Shown one piece after another: positions 50,094 to 60,379 of a DNA stretch of 64,000 bases. This stretch comes from an uncultured Gammaproteobacteria bacterium. Its GTDB lineage: Bacteria; Patescibacteriota; Microgenomatia; UBA10105; UBA927. Each line of letters opens with the position of its first letter. The stretch's first letter is position 1. A model generated the notes under the pieces. That model searched no databases. It was given only the letters and a program-made list of their open reading frames with translations, and was not told where the DNA came from. Both the position numbers and the translations under genes were made by a program. The stretch covers positions 831-64,830 of the forward strand of contig CAYLQG010000001.1 of assembly GCA_964385705.1 (NCBI GenBank), given 5' to 3'.

Positions 50094-53000
50094 TTACTCC
50101 TTCGCTTTCACTGACTCATCCTCAGGGACCACGGAGACGGGGGACGCTGATGGCGCCGCCTCATCAACTGTTTCTTCACCGCTTGCTTTTGCGATCTCTT
50201 CTGCTTCTTTTTTGACAACATCATCGGTAATTGTCTGTGTCGTCGGGGCTGGCGCCGGTTTTGCCGTCACTGTGCCTGTCGGCGTGACGCTTAACCCGAG
50301 TGCCTGTAATTCTTTCACTAGTACTTTGAATGACTCAGGAATGGTGGATTCTGGAATGTCTGTCCCTTTGACGATAGCTTCAAATGCCTTGGCTCGTCCG
50401 ATGACGTCATCTGATTTAATCGTAAGCATCTCCTGGAGAACATGAGCGGCACGATGCGCTTCCAGTGCCCAGACTTCCATTTCTCCCAACCGTTGTCCAC
50501 CCATTTGCGCTTTGCCGCCGAGCGGTTGCTGCGTCACGAGTGAGTACGGTCCGGTTGACCGAGCATGCGTCTTATCCTCAACCATGTGAATAAGTTTGAG
50601 GATGTATGCGATACCAACGACGATTTGTTCTTTAAACGGTTCACCTGTTCGTCCGTCATAAAGAACGCTTTTGCCGGAAACAGGAACCTGGGCTTCCTTT
50701 AATTTATCGATAATTCTGTCTTCTTTGACGCTCTCAAATACCGGTAAGGCAAGTTTGATGTTGAGCTTTGATGCCGCAAGCCCCAAATGAGCTTCAAGCA
50801 GTTGTCCTAAGTTCATACGGGATAGGACGGAAAGAGGAGAAATGATAATATCTATAACGGTCCCATCGGCTAAATACGGCATATCGCCCTGAGTCACGAC
50901 TTTTGAAATGACGCCTTTGTTTCCATGGCGGCCTGCAAGTTTGTCTCCGACGACGACTTTTCGCATCTGAGCGACCTTCACAACTATCTTCCGGTTTGTG
51001 CCGGGCTCAAGTTCATCGCCTTTTTCTTTATCAAGAATTTTTACTTCAATGACCGTCCCCCGTTCACCATGCGGGACGCGGAGACTTGTATCACGGACTT
51101 CTCGGGCTTTTTCACCGAAAATAGCACGGAGCAACCGCTCTTCTGCGGTTAATTCAGTCTCACCCTTCGGAGCAATTTTACCGACCAGAATATCATTCGG
51201 ACTCACTTCAGCGCCGACGACGACGATTCCGTTTTCATCAAGATTCCGAAGCGCTTCTTCACCGACGTTCGGAATATCGCGTGTCGTCTCTTCAGGACCA
51301 AGTTTTGTATCAACGACACTTGCTTCATATTCTTCTATATGAACGGAGGTCAACACATCCTCTTTAACCAATCGATCGGAAATGACGATAGCGTCCTCAT
51401 AACCCAACCCGTCAAAACTCATGTAGGCAATCGTCACGTTTGCCCCGAGGGCTAATTCGCCTTCTTCGCTTGCCGGTGCGTCAATAAGGACATCGCCTTT
51501 TTTCACTTTATCGCCGGTATTAGCAAGAACCCGCTGATTGTAACAGGTTGATTGAGCTGATCGTGAGTATTTTGCAACGGAGTATGTATCTGTCTGACCG
51601 TCTTTTGTTTCAAGCGTTACTTTGGATCCGTCTGCATAGACGACAACACCGTCATCTTTGGCCCGGATAACGCGGCCCATCGTCTGGGAAATAGCAGCTT
51701 CCATGCCGGTTCCGATAATCGGAGCCTGCGGCGTCAAAAGCGGCACTGCCTGACACTGCATGTGCGTACCCATAAGCGCCCTATTGGCTTCGTCGTGCGC
51801 AATAAAGGGAATTAATGATGCCGGCGCTCCGACAACCTGTCGCGGAACAACGTCAATAAGTTCAACAACGCTTGCGTCGGCTTCTAGGAACTCGCCTTTG
51901 TACCGGACCGGAATACGGTCGTCAACAATAAATCCGCTCTCGTCAATCGCTATACCCGCGTGGGTAATATGCTTATATTGTTCGTCGCTGGCATCAATAT
52001 AAATGACGTCATTCGTCACATGCATCATGTCTTTGCCGTTCTTATGGATTTTTTCAACTTTCCGGTACGGCGTCTCTAAAAATCCGTATTCGTTGACGCG
52101 CGCGTAAAGTGACATATAAGTAACAAGTCCGATATTCGGTCCTTCAGGACTTCTGACCGGGCAAATACGGCCGTACTGTGATGCGTTGATGTCCCGGATT
52201 GAGAATGATGCGCGTTCACGGGAAATTCCGCCGGTTCCCATGACGGTAAGACGGCGGAGGTTGTCTACCTCGGCCAATGGGTTGGTCTGATCAAGAATTG
52301 TTGAAAGCTGGCTGGTTCTAAAAAAGTCGTTAATGGAGGCGATGATCGGCCGCGCGTTTACGAGCTGCATCGGGGTTAAATCCTCTGCTGCCGGTCCTGC
52401 AAGGCTCATTTTTTCACGTACTGACCGCTCAAGGCGAAGTAAGCCGACACGGAATGCATTGGTTGCGACCAATTCGCCGACCCGGCGTACTCTCCGATTC
52501 CCTAAATGGTCAATATCGTCGGCGTCATCTTTGCCGTTAGCAAGTCCGATAAGTTTTTTGATGCTTCCGATGATATCTTCTTTGGTCAATACCCAGTGTT
52601 CGCGCTGGTTCGGCACGTCAATACCGAGTTTTTTGTTCATTTTATACCGACCGACGCGTTCTAATGAATATCTTCGGAAATCAAAGAACATCGTCCGTAA
52701 AAGTTCATTTGCGTTATCAAGAACAATAGGTTCGCCCGGCCGAAGCTTGCGGTAAAGCTCCAAAACAGCTTCGACATGATTTTTTGTCGGATCTTTTGCA
52801 ATTGTGGCTTCAATATGTTTATGATCAGCGTTTGTATCAACATCGGCAAATGCCGCAAGAATTTCTTCGTTCGTGTCAAGACCGATCGCCCGGAGGAACG
52901 TTGATGCGACAAATTTACGCCGTCGGTCAATCCGGACCATGATAACGTCGTTTCTCGTCATGATGAATTCGAGCCAGCTCCCGTGCATCGGTCGGATTTC

Positions 53001-53474
53001 CGCGCTATGAAGGGTTTTTCCGGTCGTCGCGTCCACACTTCCGGTGAAATAAATTCCGGGTGATCGAACAAGTTGATTGACGACACAGCGCTCAATACCG
53101 TTAATAATGAATGTGCCGTTCTCGGTCATCGCGGGGATGTCTCCCAAGAAAACTTCCTGGGTGACGTGATGGCCCGTCTGTTTGTTTACAAGGGTTGCCG
53201 TTACTTTAAGCGGCATATCGAATGTGAGTCCTTTTTCAAGTGCAATCTGAGGGGTTAAGCGGGGCCGTCCGAAGAAGTAATCTCCAAATGATAATTCCCA
53301 ATTTTTTCCGGTGAAATCGCTGATCGGGGAAACTTCTGCAATAAGGTCTTTAATCCCGTGTTCCAAAAACCACTGATAGGATTCACGTTGAACTAAAGTT
53401 AAATCGAGTATGGGAAGATCAGTGTAGTGTTTTCCCCAATACTGCCGCGCTGATGAGTGTGTGTCTTTAGCCAT
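50094..53474 (-). CDS. rpoB: DNA-directed RNA polymerase subunit beta
   Basis: 1126 aa. Confidence 0.97.
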   Translation of the reverse strand: MAKDTHSSARQYWGKHYTDLPILDLTLVQRESYQWFLEHGIKDLIAEVSPISDFTGKNWELSFGDYFFGRPRLTPQIALEKGLTFDMPLKVTATLVNKQTGHHVTQEVFLGDIPAMTENGTFIINGIERCVVNQLVRSPGIYFTGSVDATTGKTLHSAEIRPMHGSWLEFIMTRNDVIMVRIDRRRKFVASTFLRAIGLDTNEEILAAFADVDTNADHKHIEATIAKDPTKNHVEAVLELYRKLRPGEPIVLDNANELLRTMFFDFRRYSLERVGRYKMNKKLGIDVPNQREHWVLTKEDIIGSIKKLIGLANGKDDADDIDHLGNRRVRRVGELVATNAFRVGLLRLERSVREKMSLAGPAAEDLTPMQLVNARPIIASINDFFRTSQLSTILDQTNPLAEVDNLRRLTVMGTGGISRERASFSIRDINASQYGRICPVRSPEGPNIGLVTYMSLYARVNEYGFLETPYRKVEKIHKNGKDMMHVTNDVIYIDASDEQYKHITHAGIAIDESGFIVDDRIPVRYKGEFLEADASVVELIDVVPRQVVGAPASLIPFIAHDEANRALMGTHMQCQAVPLLTPQAPIIGTGMEAAISQTMGRVIRAKDDGVVVYADGSKVTLETKDGQTDTYSVAKYSRSAQSTCYNQRVLANTGDKVKKGDVLIDAPASEEGELALGANVTIAYMSFDGLGYEDAIVISDRLVKEDVLTSVHIEEYEASVVDTKLGPEETTRDIPNVGEEALRNLDENGIVVVGAEVSPNDILVGKIAPKGETELTAEERLLRAIFGEKAREVRDTSLRVPHGERGTVIEVKILDKEKGDELEPGTNRKIVVKVAQMRKVVVGDKLAGRHGNKGVISKVVTQGDMPYLADGTVIDIIISPLSVLSRMNLGQLLEAHLGLAASKLNIKLALPVFESVKEDRIIDKLKEAQVPVSGKSVLYDGRTGEPFKEQIVVGIAYILKLIHMVEDKTHARSTGPYSLVTQQPLGGKAQMGGQRLGEMEVWALEAHRAAHVLQEMLTIKSDDVIGRAKAFEAIVKGTDIPESTIPESFKVLVKELQALGLSVTPTGTVTAKPAPAPTTQTITDDVVKKEAEEIAKASGEETVDEAAPSASPVSVVPEDESVKAKE

Positions 53475-53564
53475 TGAAATAATTTCTCAAATTACTCTCG
53501 ACTGAACGACGAAAAGAAGCGAACAATGAACGTTCGCCTCAAAATCTTCTGGACTTATTTACCT

Positions 53565-53592
53565 ATTATACGAATTTTGCGCGTATTGTCAA
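53565..53592 (-). promoter_or_regulatory. consensus sigma70 promoter TTGACA-N16-TATAAT upstream of rpoB
   Basis: -35 is at 53587-53592 and -10 at 53565-53570 on the minus strand, about 90 nt upstream of the rpoB ATG. Confidence 0.6.
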
Positions 53593-53604
53593 GGCCTGTT
53601 TATA

Positions 53605-54441
53605 TTAATGCCTTTTTAACACATATATATCCTGTGAGTACCCGCCCACTCCGACGAAAATAGCAGTACCTGAAACGATTGCTTCGTAAGGCCTACAGAC
53701 CCGGCATCCGTCTTTTTGCGGACATTTGAAATGTTCAAGCTTGCGTGCGAGCTGTATTTTTTTTGCTATCTCTAAAATCCGCGCATATGACGCATCAACG
53801 GTCGGTAAGGAAATCTCGGTCGGCGCATCATCGCGGTCCAGGTACCAATAACTCGCTTTCGTAACGGGAAACTTCTGGCAGTTCTTTACAAGGAGTAAAT
53901 AAATTGGCAATTGTAATGAATCAGGATCCTCGTCAAATTTTCCCGTTTTAAAATCGATAATATGAACCGATTCCGTCGGCTCAAGATATTCGAGCCAGTC
54001 AATTTTTCCGCAAAGGATGATATTATCCTCTTCAGATAGCCAAAAATACGGAAGATCCTGCCTTATCTTAATTGCTTTGTTCAGTAATGGCCCTGGATGA
54101 TCGATAATGCGCTGGATCATTATGGCGCCCCTGGACTTAAATTGCAGCTCCTCCTGCTCATCGGCAAATCCGCCCATGTCACCTGACACCGTCTTCCAGA
54201 CTTTTTCATATCGGTCCATTAGTGATGCATCAAACCGTTTCTCAGCCGGGAGTGAAGAGAGCGATTCAACGACTTCGTGAACTGCCTGTCCGAGAGCCAG
54301 AGGTGGCTGCATAAGCATGATCTTATGATTTGTCTTCTTATCGCGATACACATTTTTGAGGTAATACGCCCGCGGACACTTGAGATAGTCCCCGATAGAA
54401 GAGTGGGATACCCAAACTGCAGAATATTTATCTTTCATCAT
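53605..54441 (-). CDS. PD-(D/E)xK nuclease, Cas4/RecB-like with 4-Cys cluster (orphan)
   Basis: An N-terminal Cys (YLKCPRAY) pairs with C-terminal CPQKDGCRVC. Motifs GKIDWL, IIDFKTGK and QLPIYLLL are present. Confidence 0.55.
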   Translation of the reverse strand: MMKDKYSAVWVSHSSIGDYLKCPRAYYLKNVYRDKKTNHKIMLMQPPLALGQAVHEVVESLSSLPAEKRFDASLMDRYEKVWKTVSGDMGGFADEQEELQFKSRGAIMIQRIIDHPGPLLNKAIKIRQDLPYFWLSEEDNIILCGKIDWLEYLEPTESVHIIDFKTGKFDEDPDSLQLPIYLLLVKNCQKFPVTKASYWYLDRDDAPTEISLPTVDASYARILEIAKKIQLARKLEHFKCPQKDGCRVCRPYEAIVSGTAIFVGVGGYSQDIYVLKRH

Positions 54442-54450
54442 ATATATAGC

Positions 54451-54602
54451 GTATAGCCAGGTAGTGAAATTTCGACCTTTGCCTTTTACGCTTTCGAGAT
54501 TTTAATATTCTTTCTTTTTACCAAATGTATTTTTCGACTCTAGTATCTCTAATACGTTCGGGCAAAGTAGTAAGCGTGTCGAAATTCTACTACCTGGTAT
54601 AG
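54451..54602. repeat. 152-bp element with ~25-bp terminal inverted repeats (TATAGCCAGGTAGTGAAATTTCGAC / GTCGAAATTCTACTACCTGGTATAG) plus an inner CTTTGCC/GGCAAAG pair
   Basis: Arms read directly from the sequence. It fills the divergent intergenic region. Confidence 0.7.
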
Positions 54603-54614
54603 TACAATATCTCA

Positions 54615-55538
54615 ATGATTAATCAAGTTGACCTGAGTGGGAGTAGGGAAATTTGGGTCCGAGCATATAGTGCAAACACACTCCATGTCCCGTTTTTAAC
54701 GCACCAGTGGCACGTAAATTGGAAAGAAATACTCGGGACCGCGACTGAACCGTTTTATTTCGTGATTAACGACGACATACTCGCTCCTTTCGTTAAGGAG
54801 GAGGGAACCGTGTTCTTTTCAGGCGGCGAAGAAGGTTCTGACTATCTTGATATCATAGGACCGGATGATAAAAAAAAGTCAGCCTGGACTGAGCTTATCC
54901 CCTATTGTAAAAATCAACACATCAACCGGCTAGTACTCCGGAATATTCCTGAAAATTCCCCGACGCTTCAATTTTTCCAAACAATCCCCTCTGCGGTTAT
55001 CGAAAAAGAGGATACGACTCCGAAAATGCCCCTTCCAGGTTCATGGGAAGCATATGTCGAATCCCTCGACCGCAAAGACCGGCACGAATTGGAACGGAAG
55101 ACAAGGAAATTTGAACGGGAACATGAAGGCGCCGTTTTTACAGAAAGCGCAGACTCTGCACACGATATCGAAATTCTTCTCGATTTAATGGAAAAAGATG
55201 AGGATAAGAGAAAGTTTCTTACACCGGCGATGAAAGAATTTTTCCGTCGCACCGCCGCGACATTCGCCGATTCCATTTCTCTCTTAACCGTAAATATAGG
55301 CGGCCAACATGCATCAGCAACGATGGCGTTCAAAAATCATGACGGCTACTATTTATATAATTCCGGCTTTGATAAAAATAATTTTCCCAACGCTGGATTT
55401 TATGCTAAAGCGATGAGCGTGCGCCACGCAATTGAAGAGGGCCGAAAGGAATATAATTTTCTCCAGGGTCATGAACGGTATAAATATGAGCTGGGCGGCA
55501 AAGACTTCTTTGTCTATAAAATTACGCTTGATCTCTAA
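54615..55538 (+). CDS. GNAT-family acetyltransferase, CelD/BioF2-like (Acetyltransf_6)
   Basis: C-terminal YNFLQGHERYKYELGG resembles the YDFLRGDEpYK signature. Confidence 0.5.
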   Translation: MINQVDLSGSREIWVRAYSANTLHVPFLTHQWHVNWKEILGTATEPFYFVINDDILAPFVKEEGTVFFSGGEEGSDYLDIIGPDDKKKSAWTELIPYCKNQHINRLVLRNIPENSPTLQFFQTIPSAVIEKEDTTPKMPLPGSWEAYVESLDRKDRHELERKTRKFEREHEGAVFTESADSAHDIEILLDLMEKDEDKRKFLTPAMKEFFRRTAATFADSISLLTVNIGGQHASATMAFKNHDGYYLYNSGFDKNNFPNAGFYAKAMSVRHAIEEGRKEYNFLQGHERYKYELGGKDFFVYKITLDL

Positions 55539-55584
55539 GCACCAATAATTTCAGCTATTCTCCCTAAATTACCCGCACTACTGT

Positions 55585-56562
55585 ATGATGGATGTAGGGC
55601 CTATGGATATCATTTACCATCCTGTTGTACTGGAGCATGTGACCATCAATCATCCGGAAAGTAACAACCGCATCCTCTCCTTGGGCGATCTCCCGACGAC
55701 GAATCTTCCGTTATCCGAGGAACCGCTTACGCTCGTCCATACAAAGGAATATATCGAAAAAGTAAAACAATTCTGCCAAAGCAGCACGCCGATTGATGAT
55801 GATACGCAGACCTCACCGGGAAGCTGGGACGCTGCCCTCTACGCCGTCGCTGCCACGATCAGGGCTTCCGAAATTGACGGATTTGCCGTTGTCCGGCCAC
55901 CGGGACATCACGCACACCGGGATTTTGGCCACGGATTTTGCCTGTTTAATAATATAGCCGTCTCAACGCAGAAATTAGTGAATGCCGGGAAAAAAGTTTT
56001 GATTTTTGATTTTGACGGACATTTGGGAGACGGGACTGAAGAAATTTTTTATGATACGGACCGCGTCCTCTATTGGTCGCTTCACCAATTTCCGGCATTT
56101 CCCCAAAAAGGAAGTGTTGATGAAATCGGAGTTGGCAAAGGAACGGGATATACAATTAACGTACCGCTGCCCGCTAAATCGGCCGACGATATTTACCTTC
56201 GCGCGGTAAAAGAACTCATGCCGGTGGCTGAGCAATTTGCACCCGATGTGGTTGCCGTATCGGCCGGATTTGACGGCCACAAATCTGATCCTCTACTCGA
56301 CCTGAGCTTAAGTGCTAATTGTTATTATGAGTTGGGCGTTCTTCTTCACACGAAATTCAGTCATGTGTATGCAACACTTGAAGGCGGATACAATACAGAC
56401 TTTTTACCAAAATGTTTCTATAATTTTCTTGATGGAGTAAACGGCAGTCAGAAGCGTTTTTCGGAAGACGCAACGGAATCGACTATTTTGACGATTGAAT
56501 CGTTTGAAACGGATCTTGCAAAACTCATCATAAATCTCAAACCGTATTGGCACATCCTGTAA
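55585..56562 (+). CDS. histone-deacetylase-family (AcuC/HDAC class) deacetylase
   Basis: VRPPGHHAHRDFGHGFCLFNN motif. Confidence 0.85.
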   Translation: MMDVGPMDIIYHPVVLEHVTINHPESNNRILSLGDLPTTNLPLSEEPLTLVHTKEYIEKVKQFCQSSTPIDDDTQTSPGSWDAALYAVAATIRASEIDGFAVVRPPGHHAHRDFGHGFCLFNNIAVSTQKLVNAGKKVLIFDFDGHLGDGTEEIFYDTDRVLYWSLHQFPAFPQKGSVDEIGVGKGTGYTINVPLPAKSADDIYLRAVKELMPVAEQFAPDVVAVSAGFDGHKSDPLLDLSLSANCYYELGVLLHTKFSHVYATLEGGYNTDFLPKCFYNFLDGVNGSQKRFSEDATESTILTIESFETDLAKLIINLKPYWHIL

Positions 56563-56567
56563 ATACT

Positions 56568-59240
56568 ATGATCAGAAGCGGCTTAAAAAAACTCTTTAAC
56601 CCGACAACAATAGCGGTTATCGGCGCGTCAAATAAAAAAGAACACACCGGCTACGCCATCATGAAAAATCTTATTTATGATGGATTTCAGGGACGCATAT
56701 ATCCTGTTAACCCCAACGCGGAAAGCGTTTTCGGAAGCAAATCATATAAACGCATAGACGACGTACCTGAGCAGGTCGACCTCGCCGTTATCGCACTCCC
56801 TGCGGCTATGGTCCCCGAGATTCTTGAATCCTGCGGCAAAAAAAACATCCATAGTGTCATAATCATCTCATCCGGTTTTAAGGAGTCAGGAACAAACGGT
56901 GAATCGCTGTTTGATAAAATCGGTGAGATTGCCAAAACCTACGATATCACAGTTCTTGGGCCAAACTGTTTGGGCTTTATACGGCCTACAAAGTCCTTAA
57001 ACATCACGTTCGCCAATAAAACGGCAAGACCCGGTGGCATCGCATTTATTTCCCAAAGTGGGGCTCTGGGAACCGCAGTTCTCGACTGGTCGGTCAAACA
57101 GCATGTCGGATTCAGTTATTTTGTTTCCGTCGGAGAGATGCTCAATGTCGGTTTTCATGATCTCATCGATTATTTCGGGAGTGATCCGGAGACAAGCAGT
57201 ATCCTCCTTTATATGGAATCGCTCGATAACGCACGAAAATTTTTAAGTGCCACACGGGCATACGCACGGACGAAACCTATTATCGCACTCAAAGCGGGGA
57301 AAAGTCAGGAAGGCGCACGTGCTGCACATTCGCACACCGGAAGTCTTGCGGGCAATGACGAAATATTCAATGCCGCATTTGCGAGAGCCGGCATGCTCCG
57401 GGTTAACACAATCGGGGAACTATTTGACTGCGCGGAAGTGCTCGCGACCCAGCGCCGGCCGACCGGCAATAAACTTGCGATTGTCACAAACGCTGGCGGA
57501 CCGGGGGTTATAGCCACTGACTTCTTAATGGAAAATAATGGGGAGCTTGCGCAGTTTTCAAAAGATACGATGAACGCCCTTGATGCAAAACTCCCCTCAG
57601 CCTGGAGCCACGGGAATCCGGTTGACGTCTTGGGAGACGCCGATGCGCTCCGGTATAAACAAGCGATTGAAACGGTTCTTCACGACCCATCGGTTGATGC
57701 GGTTCTTACACTTCTGACTCCGCAGGCCATGACCCACCCGACATCGGTTGCAAAAGAAATTATTGATATTGCAGGGAGGAATCAAAAAACTATATTGACG
57801 TCATTCCTGGGCGAAGATGACGTCCTTGAAGGGAAAAATCTGTTAATGAACGCGCACATCCCCACCTATGAGACTCCGGAAAAAGCCATACAGAGTTTTA
57901 TCAATCTTTATACATATGCGAAAAATGTCGAGCTCCTCTACGAGACGCCCGCCACAACGCCTCACGCATTTACCCCGAAAACGGATCTAAATCGCGAAAT
58001 TATTAAACACGCCGTTTCCGAGGAGCGGTACGTCTTAACGGAACTGGAAGCAAAGCAAATGCTTGCTAACTATGATATGCCGATCCCGCTATCGTTTTTA
58101 TCCACCTCACCCGACGATGCCGCAGAGAAAGCGGCATCCCTTGGATTTCCTGTTGCGATGAAAATAATATCTCCTAACATTCTTCATAAAATTGATGTCG
58201 GCGGCGTCATCCTGAATATACAGTCAAAAGACGAAGCAAAAAAGGCATACGACACAATCATCAATTCCGCTAAAACCCACGCCCCGAATGCGGAAATTAC
58301 CGGTGTATTAGTAGAACCCATATACACAAAAAAATATGAACTGTTTATCGGATGTAAAAAAGACAGAATTTTCGGACCGGCGATTGTGTTCGGTATGGGT
58401 GGCATCGCGGTCGAACTTTACAATGACGTAACCGTCGGACTTCCGCCTTTGAATATGGCTCTTGCGATGCGGATGATCACCAAGACAAAAATTTATAAAC
58501 TCCTCTCCGGTTTCCGCGGTGCACCCGGCGTTGATATAAGTGAAATTCAGTTTTTGTTATATAAGTTTTCTTACCTCGTCATGGATTTTCCTGAAATCAA
58601 AGAAATCGACATCAACCCGTTCGGTATTGACGAAAAAGGAGGTATGGTTTTGGATGCTAAAATCATCCTTGACGAAGGGATTGTCCACTCCCCGATCCGT
58701 CCGTACAGTCATCTGGTAATCTCCCCGTATCCGTCCAAATATATAAAATCGGTGACGTTGAAGTCCGGCCAAGATATCACACTCCGACCCATACGACCGG
58801 AGGATGAACCACTCGAAGCCGAAATGTTTACCCATTTTTCCGAGGAAACCCAGCGATTGCGGTTTTTTACAAGGATTAAGGATATAACCCACCAACTCCT
58901 CATCCGGTATACGCAAATCGATTACGATCGGGAGATCGCTATAATCGCCGAGCAAAATAATCTCGGGAAAAAGCAGATGCTTGGCGTCACACGGCTCATC
59001 GCAGATCCGTACGGAGAGGATGCCGAATTTGCCATTGTTATCGCGGACCCGTGGCAGCATGAAGGACTGGGGAGTTTGCTTATGGATTATAGTCTTGAGA
59101 TAGCGAAGGACCGGAGAATAAAGAAAATCTATGCATACGTACTTCCTGACAATGAAAAAATGCTTACTATGATGAAGAAACGGAATTTTACGATACGAAA
59201 ATCCGAAGAGAATATGATTGCTGAACTCAAACTTTTTTAA
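56568..59240 (+). CDS. Pat-like protein lysine acetyltransferase: NDP-forming acyl-CoA synthetase (CoA-binding + ATP-grasp) fused to C-terminal GNAT
   Basis: An N-terminal IAVIGASNKKEHTGY CoA-binding domain is followed by an ATP-grasp region and a C-terminal GNAT. The ATG at 56568 lies 5 nt after the HDAC stop. Confidence 0.75.
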   Translation: MIRSGLKKLFNPTTIAVIGASNKKEHTGYAIMKNLIYDGFQGRIYPVNPNAESVFGSKSYKRIDDVPEQVDLAVIALPAAMVPEILESCGKKNIHSVIIISSGFKESGTNGESLFDKIGEIAKTYDITVLGPNCLGFIRPTKSLNITFANKTARPGGIAFISQSGALGTAVLDWSVKQHVGFSYFVSVGEMLNVGFHDLIDYFGSDPETSSILLYMESLDNARKFLSATRAYARTKPIIALKAGKSQEGARAAHSHTGSLAGNDEIFNAAFARAGMLRVNTIGELFDCAEVLATQRRPTGNKLAIVTNAGGPGVIATDFLMENNGELAQFSKDTMNALDAKLPSAWSHGNPVDVLGDADALRYKQAIETVLHDPSVDAVLTLLTPQAMTHPTSVAKEIIDIAGRNQKTILTSFLGEDDVLEGKNLLMNAHIPTYETPEKAIQSFINLYTYAKNVELLYETPATTPHAFTPKTDLNREIIKHAVSEERYVLTELEAKQMLANYDMPIPLSFLSTSPDDAAEKAASLGFPVAMKIISPNILHKIDVGGVILNIQSKDEAKKAYDTIINSAKTHAPNAEITGVLVEPIYTKKYELFIGCKKDRIFGPAIVFGMGGIAVELYNDVTVGLPPLNMALAMRMITKTKIYKLLSGFRGAPGVDISEIQFLLYKFSYLVMDFPEIKEIDINPFGIDEKGGMVLDAKIILDEGIVHSPIRPYSHLVISPYPSKYIKSVTLKSGQDITLRPIRPEDEPLEAEMFTHFSEETQRLRFFTRIKDITHQLLIRYTQIDYDREIAIIAEQNNLGKKQMLGVTRLIADPYGEDAEFAIVIADPWQHEGLGSLLMDYSLEIAKDRRIKKIYAYVLPDNEKMLTMMKKRNFTIRKSEENMIAELKLF

Positions 59241-59241
59241 T

Positions 59242-60156
59242 ATGGTTCGAAAGAAGCGCAAACGAGTTCAAAAAAATATTTTCATAAAAACATACGTTAT
59301 CCTTGCCGTTATCTGTTTCACTCTGGTAGCAATCGGATCTCATATACTTTATCCCCAATCAACTTCGCTTCACGTATTATCTAAATTAGCCGTTCCGAAA
59401 ACACCCGTCGTTTACTTCCCACCCTCTCCCTATATTGCAGAACATATCGAGTCACCGGTATTGGGAGCGGAGACGATTGATCCCACCGATATCATCACCT
59501 ACATCAACAATGAACGGATGAAACGCGGAAGTCCGCCGCTTCGGGAGAATGCTGTACTGACGAAAGCAGCCGAGATGCGGGTCAATGTCATTTTTAAATA
59601 TAATAATTTTGCCCACCGCGATCCGTATGAACATATCCAGCTTGATACGGTTCTCCCAATGCTTCATTATCCGTTCACCTATGCTTCGGAAAATATCGGC
59701 ATGGGAGAAAATTCTGCAGCAGCATTCGTAAACGGGTTTATGAGCAGTACCTATCACCGGGTAAACCTTCTTAACCCCGACCTTCAGGAAACCGGTGTCG
59801 CGCTCGCGACCGATAGATTCAACGGATATTACGTAACGGTGGTCGTTCAGATTTTTGCCATCCCAGCGACACCCGCGCAATACTTGGGATACAAGCAGGA
59901 AGATGTTGCCCAATATAAAGCATTATTAACCGATGTAGATAATCAGATCGCCCTCACGAAAGAACGGCTGACCAATCATGTCGGTGACGCACAGTACAAT
60001 GAGGGCTGGCAAAAAATTCTTATCCGGCAACAGGAAATTTTAACGACGCTTTACGACACCATGCTTGCCCGGCAACCGTTTGTAAGTAATTTAATTGCAC
60101 TCATCACGGAATACAATAATAATTGGAGTTTGGTACCTAAAGGCTCCAAATCCTGA
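59242..60156 (+). CDS. membrane-anchored CAP/SCP/PR-1 (YkwD-like) domain protein
   Basis: NNERMKRGSPPL...AHRDP...ASENIGMGE...NPDLQETGVALA; starts 2 nt after the Pat stop. Confidence 0.6.
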   Translation: MVRKKRKRVQKNIFIKTYVILAVICFTLVAIGSHILYPQSTSLHVLSKLAVPKTPVVYFPPSPYIAEHIESPVLGAETIDPTDIITYINNERMKRGSPPLRENAVLTKAAEMRVNVIFKYNNFAHRDPYEHIQLDTVLPMLHYPFTYASENIGMGENSAAAFVNGFMSSTYHRVNLLNPDLQETGVALATDRFNGYYVTVVVQIFAIPATPAQYLGYKQEDVAQYKALLTDVDNQIALTKERLTNHVGDAQYNEGWQKILIRQQEILTTLYDTMLARQPFVSNLIALITEYNNNWSLVPKGSKS

Positions 60157-60204
60157 TCGGGTTCTATTGACATAAATATTTTCCAAGCGTAGGATAAATC
60201 AAGA

Positions 60205-60310
60205 ATATCAAGAGGGTGGCGAAGGCACTAGCCTGTTGACCCATCCAGCAACCGATCCTGAGCAAAGTCGAAGGATACGGTGCTTCAGCTAGTCCGTCAG
60301 TTGACGGAAT
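60205..60310 (+). promoter_or_regulatory. SAM-I (S-box) riboswitch aptamer
   Basis: AUAUCAAGAGGGUGGCGAAGGCACUAGCC...CCAUCCAGCAACC...AAGGAUACGGUGCUUCAGCU matches the S-box cores (AUCAAGAG, GGUGG, GCAACC, GGUGCU). It lies upstream of metK. Confidence 0.65.
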
Positions 60311-60355
60311 CGATATGATCACTCACGTGATAAAAACCATTATTCTTTCTTTATT

Positions 60356-60378
60356 ATCCGCAATAGTGCGGATTTTTT
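60356..60378 (+). terminator. riboswitch expression-platform terminator ATCCGCA-atag-TGCGGAT + TTTTTT
   Basis: A 7-bp stem and U6 sit immediately before the metK start. Confidence 0.65.
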
Positions 60379-60379
60379 G

